Assembly: GCF_000012905.2 (NCBI RefSeq)
Contig: NC_007489.1
Coordinates: forward strand, 30,001-62,000
Source: Cereibacter sphaeroides 2.4.1
GTDB taxonomy: Bacteria > Pseudomonadota > Alphaproteobacteria > Rhodobacterales > Rhodobacteraceae
DNA length: 32,000 nt
Direction: 5' to 3'
The position numbers and the translations under genes were made by a program. Under the pieces are notes generated by a model. It did not search any database. It saw nothing but the letters and a program-made list of their open reading frames with translations, and was not told where the DNA came from. Shown in pieces: positions 8,357 through 16,611 of the stretch. Position 1 is the first letter of the stretch; the number at the start of each line of letters is the position of its first letter.

Positions 8357-9060
8357 GGCAGACGGACATTTCCGATCGCGCTCTCGTGCGCCTCCTGCCC
8401 GCCACTTACCACAAGCCGCCTGCCCTGCGCGGTCTCGTCGATACCGATGATGAGTTGGATATCCTGGCCCAGATCGAAGGCCTGACCAGCGGCCGCCTCC
8501 TGGCCGAGCGGGGCCGCAACCCGCATCTGGACCCGCGGGAGCTTGCCTGGCAGCGGCGCAGCCGTGATCTGCGCATCTACGGCAACAGTCATGTCAACGC
8601 GGCCTTCACCTACACGCGAACCGGCGGAAACCGCTTCAACACCGAGGAGCGCGGGGCCTGGTACTGCGCATGGGACGTGATGGTCTCCGTCAGTGAAGTG
8701 GCTTGGCACCGGACGCGGGAACTGGGCTTCATGGGCAGCTTCACTGACAGCGCCCGCTATGTGGAACTGCTGGCAGATTTCATCGGGGTCTTTGACGACC
8801 TCACCGATGAGCCGGGTCATCCGGTGCTGCATCCGGATCCGGCTGTCGGCTATCCGGAAGGCCAGAGCCTCGCCCAGCATCTGCGCCGGGCCGGATCCCG
8901 CGGGCTCATCTACCCATCGGTGCGGGCCCCGGCACCCGGAGGGAACTGCCTGGTCTGCTTCGACCCGCGCGCCATCCAGAACGTCCGTCCGGGGGCATCC
9001 TGGGATCTCGTCTGGGACGGAACCCCGCACTACTCCATCATGGCGGTCGCCGCAGAATGA
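8353..9060 (+). CDS. RES-domain toxin (ParT/MbcT family, NAD+-targeting)
   Basis: The 235-aa product shows RES-domain landmarks: GGNRFN (Arg), SVSEVAWH (Glu), LIYPSVRAP (Ser), and the terminal CLVCFDP. It is translationally coupled to the Xre/DUF2384 gene. Confidence 0.9.
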   Translation: MRQTDISDRALVRLLPATYHKPPALRGLVDTDDELDILAQIEGLTSGRLLAERGRNPHLDPRELAWQRRSRDLRIYGNSHVNAAFTYTRTGGNRFNTEERGAWYCAWDVMVSVSEVAWHRTRELGFMGSFTDSARYVELLADFIGVFDDLTDEPGHPVLHPDPAVGYPEGQSLAQHLRRAGSRGLIYPSVRAPAPGGNCLVCFDPRAIQNVRPGASWDLVWDGTPHYSIMAVAAE

Positions 9061-9635
9061 CGGTGGCATTGCGTCGAGGGGACTTGCCCGCTGATCAGGC
9101 ACGACTTGTGCGCCTTGAACTGGTCGAGCGCAGGTCGCTGCTCATGTCATGAAACCGGTCGCCGCCGAACCGTCGCGCGGCCGGGCTGGGCGACCCAGCA
9201 TCACCCATCCTTTTTCCGATAATGGCGCGGCTCCCGGCAGAAGGCAGATGCTACGCTTCCGGCAGCCGCCGAGGTGACCCCTAACCACCTCGGACGGTCA
9301 GGCCGCAGGATCCGTGGTTACGTGGACACCCTGCGGCCGTCACTCCTCCGGCCAGTCCAGGCCCGACCGGCACGGGCCGCCGCGGGATCGATGAATATGC
9401 CCGCTCAGCACACATGCGGAACGCATGGCGATTGTGGGAAGCCCCTATGCGACTGAGGTAGGCGCCTGGGGCACTGATCACCGAATTGCTACGTCAACTC
9501 GCCCCATGGTGCTTGTTATGCTGCCGTCAGCCTATGGAGCCGCTCGCCCCGCGGCCGCCAGAGGTCAGGTCGCAGGGTGCGCGGGAGGCCCACGCAGTCC
9601 TGCGGCCGCCTCAATCGGGTGGCCCAACTGGGGCA

Positions 9636-9851
9636 TCAGAGCATGTGGCGGTGGCGCTTGCGTTCCAGGATTTCCCGGAGCGCTGAAGCCTTCAGTCGAT
9701 ATTCTTCGATGATGGCCGCCTTGGTCTCCTCATCGGGGCGCACCTCCGCTCCGAACCATAACATGCCGTTCTCGACAGCGATGGCAATTCCCTCCGCGAC
9801 ATTGATCTCCTGCTCAAGCCACGCCAGATAAGAGTTCGAAACATTCGTCAT
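9636..9851 (-). CDS. hypothetical small protein (71 aa)
   Basis: ATG at 9851 is preceded by AGGAG at a 7-nt spacing on the minus strand. About 70% of the hand-read codons have G/C at the third position. The product is predicted helical and charged (…EETKAAIIEEYRLKASALREILERKRHRH). No family recognised. Confidence 0.5.
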   Translation of the reverse strand: MTNVSNSYLAWLEQEINVAEGIAIAVENGMLWFGAEVRPDEETKAAIIEEYRLKASALREILERKRHRHML

Positions 9852-10085
9852 TCATGGCTCCTGCAAAACTCACCGTACAAACTGGCGCAACCGGAATCAC
9901 CACCACATCAATGCGGCGCCGGTCACCTGCCCTTTTATCCCAGGCGGATACGACGCAAAAGCGCAACGCGCCTCAGACAATCCGGAACCGTGATGCTGTA
10001 TCGGTCATCGCCCCGGCATCCGGACGCAGCAGCGGCCCTTCCGGCAAGCAGAACGGGCGCCAGTTCCAGAGCCAGAATTGCGCAA

Positions 10086-10181
10086 GAGAGGCCCGGTCGG
10101 CCCGAAATGGGCATCTGCAGCGATCTCGGCACGAGATAGACTCGGATTGCAGCTACGCCAGAAATTCTCGAACCGATTTTA
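10086..10181 (+). repeat. copy A of a ~97-nt direct repeat (candidate structured RNA element)
   Basis: Hand alignment to 11723-11819 gives 87 identical positions in 97 columns (9 substitutions, 1 indel). It contains the hairpin ATCTCG-GCA-CGAGAT (10123-10137) nested inside CTGCAG...TTGCAG. Weaker similarity continues about 20 nt further. Confidence 0.8.
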
Positions 10182-10374
10182 GCCCATTTCCCGAAGTGTC
10201 CGCTGGGTTGGAAAATTCAGCCCTGAATTCGGTCTCCGCCTTCCGCCGGAGACCGTCGGATGACGCATCTGCGCGTGGACGGGGACATAGGGATCGAGGC
10301 GACGCTGCGGATCGTGGAGCTTCTCGACAAGGAGCGCACCTCCTGACAGGCCTGTGACGGCGCTCCCGGTGCGG

Positions 10375-11439
10375 CTACAGGCCTTTTCGCCTTGGCGCCG
10401 AGAGGGCAGCCAGCAGCCTGCGTTCCACCATCTGATGGAAAAGGGCGCCCAGCACGACGGCGAAGGCGGTCAGAAGGAAGAGCGTGGCAAGGGGCGGCAT
10501 CCACACCTGCAGTCCCAGCATTGCCATCGGAACCGCCAGGATGTTCATCGCGGGCAGGTGGATGAGGTAGATGGCGTAGGAAGCGTTTCCGAGAAACACG
10601 CACCAGGCCGGAGCGGTTGTCCGGGCTCGCGCAAGTGCCGCGATCACGGCTGCGGCCACTATTCCGTAAGCCAGGCATCGCAGCGGCAGCGGCCAGACGA
10701 CCAGGTACTGCTCGCTCAGCCCGACGAGCAGGAACCCCGTGCTCCCGGCAATGATCAGCGGCCAGGTCCCGCCTGCCGGCAGCCGGCGGTAGCATCCGGC
10801 AACCAGTACTCCGATCACGAAGAGCACGTTGTAGGGCGAGAACAGAAATTCCATGGGATACCAGGAGGAGGGGCTCACCATCTGCACGAGGGTGCCGATC
10901 ATCCAGATCGTGAAGAGGCCGAGGCCGATCTCGAAGGCGATGATGAACAGCAGGAAGAGCATGTAGAACAGGATCTCGTGCTTGAGTGTCCAAGCCACCG
11001 GAAGGAGGGGGCCCTGCGGAGCGGGAAGCAGCAGAAAATCCCGCAGAAGGGCCGAGGGGGCGAGGCGGTCCTCATCGACCAATCCGTCTGCTGCGGCATA
11101 GAGCAGAACAAGCCCGCTCAGCACGATCCAGTAGGGCGGATAGATCCGCAGAAAGCGCTTGCGCAGGAAGCGGCGCGCCCGCTCCGGCCTGCTGAAGTCG
11201 GCGGCATGGATATGCGCAATGATGAAGCCCGAGAGGACGAAGAAGAATTCGACGCCCGCATAGCCCATCCCGAAGCCGCGCCACACCATCGCTCCGTCGT
11301 AGAGCCGCAGCGGGAGGACGAAATTGTTGGCGTGAAACAGCACCACGCCGATGGCTGCGATCATCCGGCACGCCTGAAGGCCTTCCAGGCGCTGCGGAGG
11401 CCGCTGTCCGGACCAATGCACATCACAAGAACCACGCAT
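10375..11439 (-). CDS. acyltransferase family 3 membrane protein (OafA/YrhL-like O-acyltransferase)
   Basis: The N-terminus has the family motif RLEGLQACRMIAAIGVVLFHAN, followed by about 10 hydrophobic segments (e.g. GVEFFFVLSGFII). The start is taken at ATG 11439 (Met 50 of the track ORF) because the family motif normally lies near the N-terminus and an AT-rich stretch lies just upstream. Confidence 0.85.
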   Translation of the reverse strand: MRGSCDVHWSGQRPPQRLEGLQACRMIAAIGVVLFHANNFVLPLRLYDGAMVWRGFGMGYAGVEFFFVLSGFIIAHIHAADFSRPERARRFLRKRFLRIYPPYWIVLSGLVLLYAAADGLVDEDRLAPSALLRDFLLLPAPQGPLLPVAWTLKHEILFYMLFLLFIIAFEIGLGLFTIWMIGTLVQMVSPSSWYPMEFLFSPYNVLFVIGVLVAGCYRRLPAGGTWPLIIAGSTGFLLVGLSEQYLVVWPLPLRCLAYGIVAAAVIAALARARTTAPAWCVFLGNASYAIYLIHLPAMNILAVPMAMLGLQVWMPPLATLFLLTAFAVVLGALFHQMVERRLLAALSAPRRKGL

Positions 11440-11722
11440 AACATCAAACCTGACAACATTATTGCAAAAAAAGGCGGCTGCCTTTCGCAGGATCGGCCTT
11501 CCGCGCTGAAGTATGTCAATCTGTAATCTGGCTCGGACGGGCAACTCGGGCAAGTTCACGAGCGTCGAGTGGCCAGATCCCGCCACCTTCCTGAGACGGG
11601 AAGCTCGAAAGGCTTGGGTGCGGGCGATGATTTACGTCGGCCATCGCCCCGGCATCTGGACGCCGCAGCGGCACTTCAGGTGTGTGGGTATGCGCGGCGG
11701 CCCCGTAAAAAGGCGCTGGTTC

Positions 11723-11819
11723 GAGAGGCCCGGTCGGTCCGGAATGCCGCATCTGCAGCGATCTCGGCATGGGATAGGCTCGGATTGCAGCCAAGCCAGA
11801 AACTCTCGAACCGATTTTA
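11723..11819 (+). repeat. copy B of the ~97-nt direct repeat, 75 nt upstream of the lipoprotein gene
   Basis: See copy A. The hairpin here reads ATCTCG-GCA-TGGGAT. Both substitutions in the 3' arm turn Watson-Crick pairs into G-U pairs, but only if the plus strand is the RNA. Confidence 0.8.
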
Positions 11820-11894
11820 ACGCATTGCGCGCAATACGTGCTCGGTCCGAAGGCAGGCTTGGCGTCGAGAGCGCCCACGGGATTGAGAAACTAG

Positions 11895-12329
11895 ATGAAA
11901 AACCTGACTTTGATTGGCATCGCAGCCGCTCTTGCACTGGCTGCCTGCGAGCCGGTGCAGAAGCTGGAGGATTATCGTCCGGTCGTGGATCCGGAAAAGA
12001 CGAACGCCCAGAAGTACGAAAAGGACCTGGCCGCGTGTCGGGGCATCGCCCTGAACCTCGAGGCGGACTACAAGGCCCGGCAGGAGAAGGAACTCGGAAA
12101 ACAGATGGCCATCGGCATCCTCACCGGAGTGGTTCTTGGCGCGGCCGTGGGGCATAATACCGGCTACCAGGGCGACTATGTGGCCGCGGGAGCTGTTGCT
12201 GGTGCTGCCGCCGGGGCCGGTTCCGGAGACTATACCCATGACCTCGTGACCTACGGACCGCGTCGCGTCGTCGATCGCTGCATGTCGGGCCGCGGGCACG
12301 TCATCCTGAACGACATCGGCCGCGGGTAG
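11895..12329 (+). CDS. glycine-zipper lipoprotein
   Basis: The signal peptide has a lipobox (MKNLTLIGIAAALALAAC). A Gly/Ala-zipper segment follows (GILTGVVLGAAVGHNTG...AAGAVAGAAAGAGSG), then a conserved RRVVDRCMSGRGHVIL tail. ATG at 11895. Confidence 0.8.
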   Translation: MKNLTLIGIAAALALAACEPVQKLEDYRPVVDPEKTNAQKYEKDLAACRGIALNLEADYKARQEKELGKQMAIGILTGVVLGAAVGHNTGYQGDYVAAGAVAGAAAGAGSGDYTHDLVTYGPRRVVDRCMSGRGHVILNDIGRG

Positions 12330-12791
12330 CTCCTGCAGAGGCCCCACAGTCGCCGGCCCGCCGCGAACGGCAGCGGGTCGAAACTGTTTCATCCGAGTGC
12401 GGGCCTGCCCGGCTTCAGCGTCGTCGCGAGAGAGGCCAGTATCCGTGATCCGGGGATGCCGGTCCTCCACCCTCCTGCGAGGGATCAGACCAGAGCGCGA
12501 GAACGAGTAACCTGCGATCCCCCCTTGCGGGATCTGATCGAAGCCATTCCCGTCGCCTTGTCCGTTCCCCTCCGACCGAGGCCCTCGAGCGCCGGGGCTC
12601 TGGCACGATGTGGGAAGACGGGACGCGGCCGCCCTCAACCGCACGGCATGAGGATCCGGCCCGGGAGGCGGCGGCGGTTTGGCCGCTTTGCCGCTTTGCT
12701 TTTCTCCCGATCCTGAGCGGAGAGAGAAGGGTTCCCTGGAGAGAGCGGGTGGAGACGTCAGCGCCAAACCGCCAAATCGGCAGCGGGCTCT

Positions 12792-14993
12792 CTAGTCTCC
12801 CGACTGCGGGCGGTATCCGGTGTCGTAGCGGTAGCGATAGCCGTATCCATAGCCGTACCGGCCCGACCCGCGTTGGGGGCGATAGGCGTTGAGCACCGCA
12901 CCGGCCGGCTTCACGCCGGCCCCCTGCAGCTGGCGGATGAGGGCCTCCACCTCGCCCAGGCCGGTGACGTCGTGACGGACGACGGCGATGGTGGCGCCGA
13001 CCGCCCGGCCGATCACCACAGGGTCGGTGACGGCCAGCACGGGAGGCGCGTCGAAGATGCTCAGATCGAAGCGGCGGTCGAGCTCGGCCACGAGCTCTGC
13101 AAGGCGCGGGCGCATCAGCAGCTCCGAGGGGTTGGGCGGAAGCTGGCCCGTCGAGAGGAAAGCCAGCCCCTCCACCGGCCCCGGCCGCAGCAGCTCATCG
13201 AGCTCCGCCTCGCCCGCCAGATATTCGGCAAGGCCGGGCGTGCCCTTCGCCACCGCGAAATAGCGCCGCAGATGGCCCCGCCGCAGGTCGGCATCGATCA
13301 GGCAGACGCTCTGGCCGGCCTGTGCCGCCACCACCGCGAGATTGACGGAGGTGAAGGACTTGCCGGCGGCAGGCGCCGAGGAGGTGAGCGCGATCGACCG
13401 GCTGCCCGCGTCGAGCATCCCGAAATGCAGGCTCGTGCGCAGCGACCGGATCCCCTCCACCGTCGCGGAGTTCGGATCCGACAGCGCGAGGATCGGCAGC
13501 AGCCCCCGGCCCTTCCGGTTCCCCACCGCCGCCGGCGCAAACAGGACCGTGGCAAATACCGGCAAGCCGAGCCGGTCGAGCTCCTCCGGGCCCCGGACGC
13601 TGCGGCGCAGCCAGGCCCGCCCCAGCACGAGGCCGGTGCCCGAGAGCGCCCCCAGAAGCAGCGCCAACGCGAGCGTGCGACCGCGCCGGGGCGCAACCGG
13701 CTCAGGCGCCGTGCGGGCCCCGTCGACGATGCGGACATTGCCGATAGTGCTGGCCTTCACCACGCGCAGTTCCTGGGCGCGGTTCAGCAGCTGCAGATAG
13801 ACCTCCTGCGCCACCTCCAGATCGCGGGTGAAGTTGAAGACCTCGCGCTGGGTCTCCGGCAGATTCGACACCTCCTTGCGCAGTGCCGCCAGCCGCTCCT
13901 CGAGCCGCCCCCGCATCGCCAGAAGCCGCTGGTAGGTCGGGTGGTTCGACGTGTAGCGGTTGGCGATCTCCTCCTCCTGATCGGCCAGCTGGCGCAGCTC
14001 GGTCTCGATCGCGCTGATCTGGGTCAGCAGGCTCTGGCCCTCGAAGCCGAGGTCGATCGCCTGCTGGGCCTGGCGGTAGGCGTTCAGCCGGTCCTCCGCC
14101 GCCCGGACCGCCTTCTGCGCCTCGGGCAGCTGGCCCTCGATGAACTCGAGACTGCTTTCCGCCTCGGCCGCGCTCCGGGTCATGTTCTGGCGCAGATAGG
14201 CCTCGGCGATGCCGCCGAGCGTCCGCTGCACTTCCGCCGGGTCCCGGCCCGTCAGCCCCACCTCGAGGATGGAGGATTGCTTGCCACGTTCGGCCACCGT
14301 GAGCCGGTCGCGCAGAGCCCCGATCGCCCCGGTCTCGTCGAGCTGCCGGATCACGAACTGGCGGCCCCGTACGCCCTCCAGCGCCCCGATCCTGAGCCCG
14401 AAGCCCCGGTCCGGAACGGCAAGCGGGCGTCCGACCTCCCCCGTCTCCTCGCGCCCGTCGGGCAGCAGGAGCGCGAACTGCCCCTCCCCCATCGCCGTCA
14501 GGAGGATCGGCTCTTCGACCCATTCGGGTGGCACCTCGAGCAGGTCGAGCCGGATCCGGCTGTCGCCCCGGTCGTAGCGGATCAAGCCCTCCACCTCCGG
14601 CAGTGGGAGCACGCCTGAGGCCACCGCCTGCCCCACCAGCGGCGCCCGTAGCGGCTTCGCCTCCCAGTCCAGGTGAAACGCCGCCACCGCCTCCCCCAGC
14701 ACAAGGCGAGAACGCAGGATCTCCACCTCCGTCGCGCTGCGCGCCTCGCCTCCGGCCAACTCCGAAAGTGCCGTCGGCAGTGCAAGCGGAGAGGCCTTCT
14801 CCTCGAGCTGCAGCAGCGTATCCGCCCGGTAGGTCGGCGCCGTGTTCGCCAGCCACGCCAGCCCCAGCATCCCCGCCGCCAGCGTGGCGCTCCCGATCCA
14901 GAGCTTGCCGTGCCAGATCTGGCCCAGGAGCTGGCCGAGGTCGATCTCGTCCTCTTCGGGAGCCGCGACCGGCTGCGGTCTCTCTGCCATCAT
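12792..14993 (-). CDS. wzc: polysaccharide co-polymerase / tyrosine autokinase (Wzc/ExoP/GumC family, PCP-2a)
   Basis: The 733-aa product has an N-terminal Wzz-like domain with TM segments, a long coiled-coil periplasmic region, and the GNVRIVD motif. The kinase domain has Walker A (SSAPAAGKSFTSVNLA), A' (VCLIDADLRRG) and B (LSIFDAPP). The C-terminal tail is Tyr-rich (GRYGYGYGYRYRYDTGY). The start overlaps the wzb stop (ATGA). Confidence 0.93.
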   Translation of the reverse strand: MMAERPQPVAAPEEDEIDLGQLLGQIWHGKLWIGSATLAAGMLGLAWLANTAPTYRADTLLQLEEKASPLALPTALSELAGGEARSATEVEILRSRLVLGEAVAAFHLDWEAKPLRAPLVGQAVASGVLPLPEVEGLIRYDRGDSRIRLDLLEVPPEWVEEPILLTAMGEGQFALLLPDGREETGEVGRPLAVPDRGFGLRIGALEGVRGRQFVIRQLDETGAIGALRDRLTVAERGKQSSILEVGLTGRDPAEVQRTLGGIAEAYLRQNMTRSAAEAESSLEFIEGQLPEAQKAVRAAEDRLNAYRQAQQAIDLGFEGQSLLTQISAIETELRQLADQEEEIANRYTSNHPTYQRLLAMRGRLEERLAALRKEVSNLPETQREVFNFTRDLEVAQEVYLQLLNRAQELRVVKASTIGNVRIVDGARTAPEPVAPRRGRTLALALLLGALSGTGLVLGRAWLRRSVRGPEELDRLGLPVFATVLFAPAAVGNRKGRGLLPILALSDPNSATVEGIRSLRTSLHFGMLDAGSRSIALTSSAPAAGKSFTSVNLAVVAAQAGQSVCLIDADLRRGHLRRYFAVAKGTPGLAEYLAGEAELDELLRPGPVEGLAFLSTGQLPPNPSELLMRPRLAELVAELDRRFDLSIFDAPPVLAVTDPVVIGRAVGATIAVVRHDVTGLGEVEALIRQLQGAGVKPAGAVLNAYRPQRGSGRYGYGYGYRYRYDTGYRPQSGD

Positions 14994-15433
14994 TCCTCGA
15001 TCCTCTCGCGCAGCCGCTGCGCCCAGGCATCGGCCGCCGCAGACAGTCGTACAAATGTCGCCTCGTGGAACTCCGTCGAGCGGCCGTAGGGATCGGGGAT
15101 CCCCGTGTTCCCCGTCCAGCGGTCAAAGAGCAGCGTCCGTCCGAAGAGCTGCGGCGCGCCCCGCCCGATCTGCTGACGGTGGTGGGGCTCCATCACCAGG
15201 ATGAGATCGAAGCCGGTCCCCAGCGCCGAGGTGAACTGCCGCGCCACATGCCCCTCGAGCGAGACCCCCCGCGCCGCGGCCACCGCCAGAGCCTGCGGAT
15301 CCGCCGGGCTGCCGGTCACCGCCGCCAGACCCGCCGACGCGATCCGCAGCTCCGGCAGACGGGCCTGCAACAGACGCTCGCCCGCGGGCGACCGGCACAG
15401 GTTGCCCACGCAGACGACGAGGATCGATGCCAT
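14990..15433 (-). CDS. wzb: low-molecular-weight protein-tyrosine phosphatase
   Basis: It has the MASILVVCVGNLCRSP active-site loop (C-X5-R-S) and the IPDPYG Asp loop. ATG 15433 is preferred, and the track ORF begins at GTG 15439. Confidence 0.92.
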   Translation of the reverse strand: MASILVVCVGNLCRSPAGERLLQARLPELRIASAGLAAVTGSPADPQALAVAAARGVSLEGHVARQFTSALGTGFDLILVMEPHHRQQIGRGAPQLFGRTLLFDRWTGNTGIPDPYGRSTEFHEATFVRLSAAADAWAQRLRERIEE

Positions 15434-15442
15434 CCTCACCGG

Positions 15443-16525
15443 TCAGTTCGCACCCAGACGGTCGACACTCCCCGCAGCCCCCACCGTCGGCAGCAGGTCG
15501 CTGATCGTGTCGTTCCACCGGCTGAGCGGCGCCCGTGTGACATAGACCACGTCGCTCGGCTGCAGCAGGAACCGCGTGCCCAGAAGCAGCGCCGTGGGCG
15601 AGCGGGCATCGAGCTGGAACACCGTCATCCCCGTCCCGCCCTTGCCGCGGAAGACAAAGACCCCGCGTGCATCCGCCCGACGCTCGAGGATCCCGCCCTG
15701 ACGGGTCAGAGCCTGGGTCAGGGTGAGCGGCTCGAGCGAGAGATCCACCGCCGCAGGCTTCACGATCTCGCCCAGAAGATAGGCCTCCTCCGCCCGTCGC
15801 CGGGGAACCGTCACAATGTCTCCGGGCCGCAGCACGGGGTTGTTCTGCCCAAGGCCCGCACTCAGAAATCCGTCCAGATCCACCCGGTAGGACTGGCCGC
15901 CCCGCCGCACCGTCACGCGGCGCGTGTCCGCAGTCTCCGTCAGCCCCCCCGCCGCGTTGATCGCATCGAGCAGCGTCAGCGCCACCGTCGTGAGCGGCTG
16001 GCGGTTCGGGGTCTCCACCTCCCCCGTCACGCTCACCGCCTGCGACTGGAACCCCAGCACCCGCACATCCACCTGGGGATCCGGAACGAAGGCCGCCAGC
16101 CGCTCCCGCAGCTCCTCGCGCACCTCCTCCGGCCCCCGGCCCTCCGCCCGGATCGAGCCCACATAGGGATAGACGATCGTGCCGTCCGCCTGCACCCGGA
16201 AGCTGTTCTCCCCGGCCTTCGCCTCCGGCCCGGCCGGCATCGTCAGTTCTGGGTGATCGAAGACGACGATGCCGAGCAGATCCCCGCTCCCGATCCGGTA
16301 GGCCCACCTCCCCACCTTCGGAAGAGCCGTCGCCCGGTGCGGCTCGGCCGGCCGCTCGAAGCTCGAAATGTTCGACGCATCGAGCCGGATCACCTGCACG
16401 TCCGAAGGCAGCGACGCCTGCGCCCTCTCCGTCACCGGAAACCGCACATGCCCCTCCGAGCAGCCCGACAGCAGGGCGAGACTGCTCGTCAGGGCCAGGA
16501 TCGTTCGGCGCGCCACTCCCGGCAT
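15443..16525 (-). CDS. wza: outer-membrane polysaccharide export lipoprotein (Wza/OPX family)
   Basis: It has a lipoprotein signal (LALLSGC), Poly_export-type motifs (YRIGSGDLLGIVVFDHPEL, DGTIVYPYVGSIRAEGRGPEEVREEL), then SLBB-like repeats (GDIVTVP, SDVVYV). Confidence 0.9.
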   Translation of the reverse strand: MPGVARRTILALTSSLALLSGCSEGHVRFPVTERAQASLPSDVQVIRLDASNISSFERPAEPHRATALPKVGRWAYRIGSGDLLGIVVFDHPELTMPAGPEAKAGENSFRVQADGTIVYPYVGSIRAEGRGPEEVREELRERLAAFVPDPQVDVRVLGFQSQAVSVTGEVETPNRQPLTTVALTLLDAINAAGGLTETADTRRVTVRRGGQSYRVDLDGFLSAGLGQNNPVLRPGDIVTVPRRRAEEAYLLGEIVKPAAVDLSLEPLTLTQALTRQGGILERRADARGVFVFRGKGGTGMTVFQLDARSPTALLLGTRFLLQPSDVVYVTRAPLSRWNDTISDLLPTVGAAGSVDRLGAN

Positions 16526-16583
16526 GTCCCATTCTCCGTTCCCGCCTCGGCCCCCGGGCCCGGCTGTTCATCCCCGGATGAGC

Positions 16584-16611
16584 GGGGCCTCCGCGGCCAT
16601 TCGGAGGCCCC
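16584..16611 (-). promoter_or_regulatory. strong GC hairpin in the wza leader
   Basis: GGGGCCTCCG-N8-CGGAGGCCCC forms a 10-bp perfect stem, 59-86 nt upstream of the wza ATG. No U-tract follows on either strand. Confidence 0.3.

Noticed and set aside
10259-10345. A 28-codon plus-strand ORF (MTHLRVDGDIGIEATLRIVELLDKERTS) lies between repeat copy A and the acyltransferase stop.
   Set aside because: It is too short and I recognised no motif. It is preceded by hairpins at about 10214-10264 that more plausibly terminate the convergent acyltransferase transcript. It may be the tail of a lost gene.
10354-11526. A 390-aa plus-strand ORF lies opposite the acyltransferase-3 gene.
   Set aside because: Its translation is hydrophilic and low-complexity (runs of E, Q, R and H). 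The minus-strand frame gives a coherent polytopic membrane protein with the family motif.
12330-12791. A 460-bp convergent intergenic region between the lipoprotein gene and wzc contains small inverted repeats: GATCAGA...TCTGATC at 12483-12540 and GATCCC-N7-GGGATC at 12516-12534.
   Set aside because: The stems are short (6-7 bp), no U-tracts follow, and the sequence is not repeated elsewhere in the window. I could not distinguish it from chance structure in GC-rich DNA.
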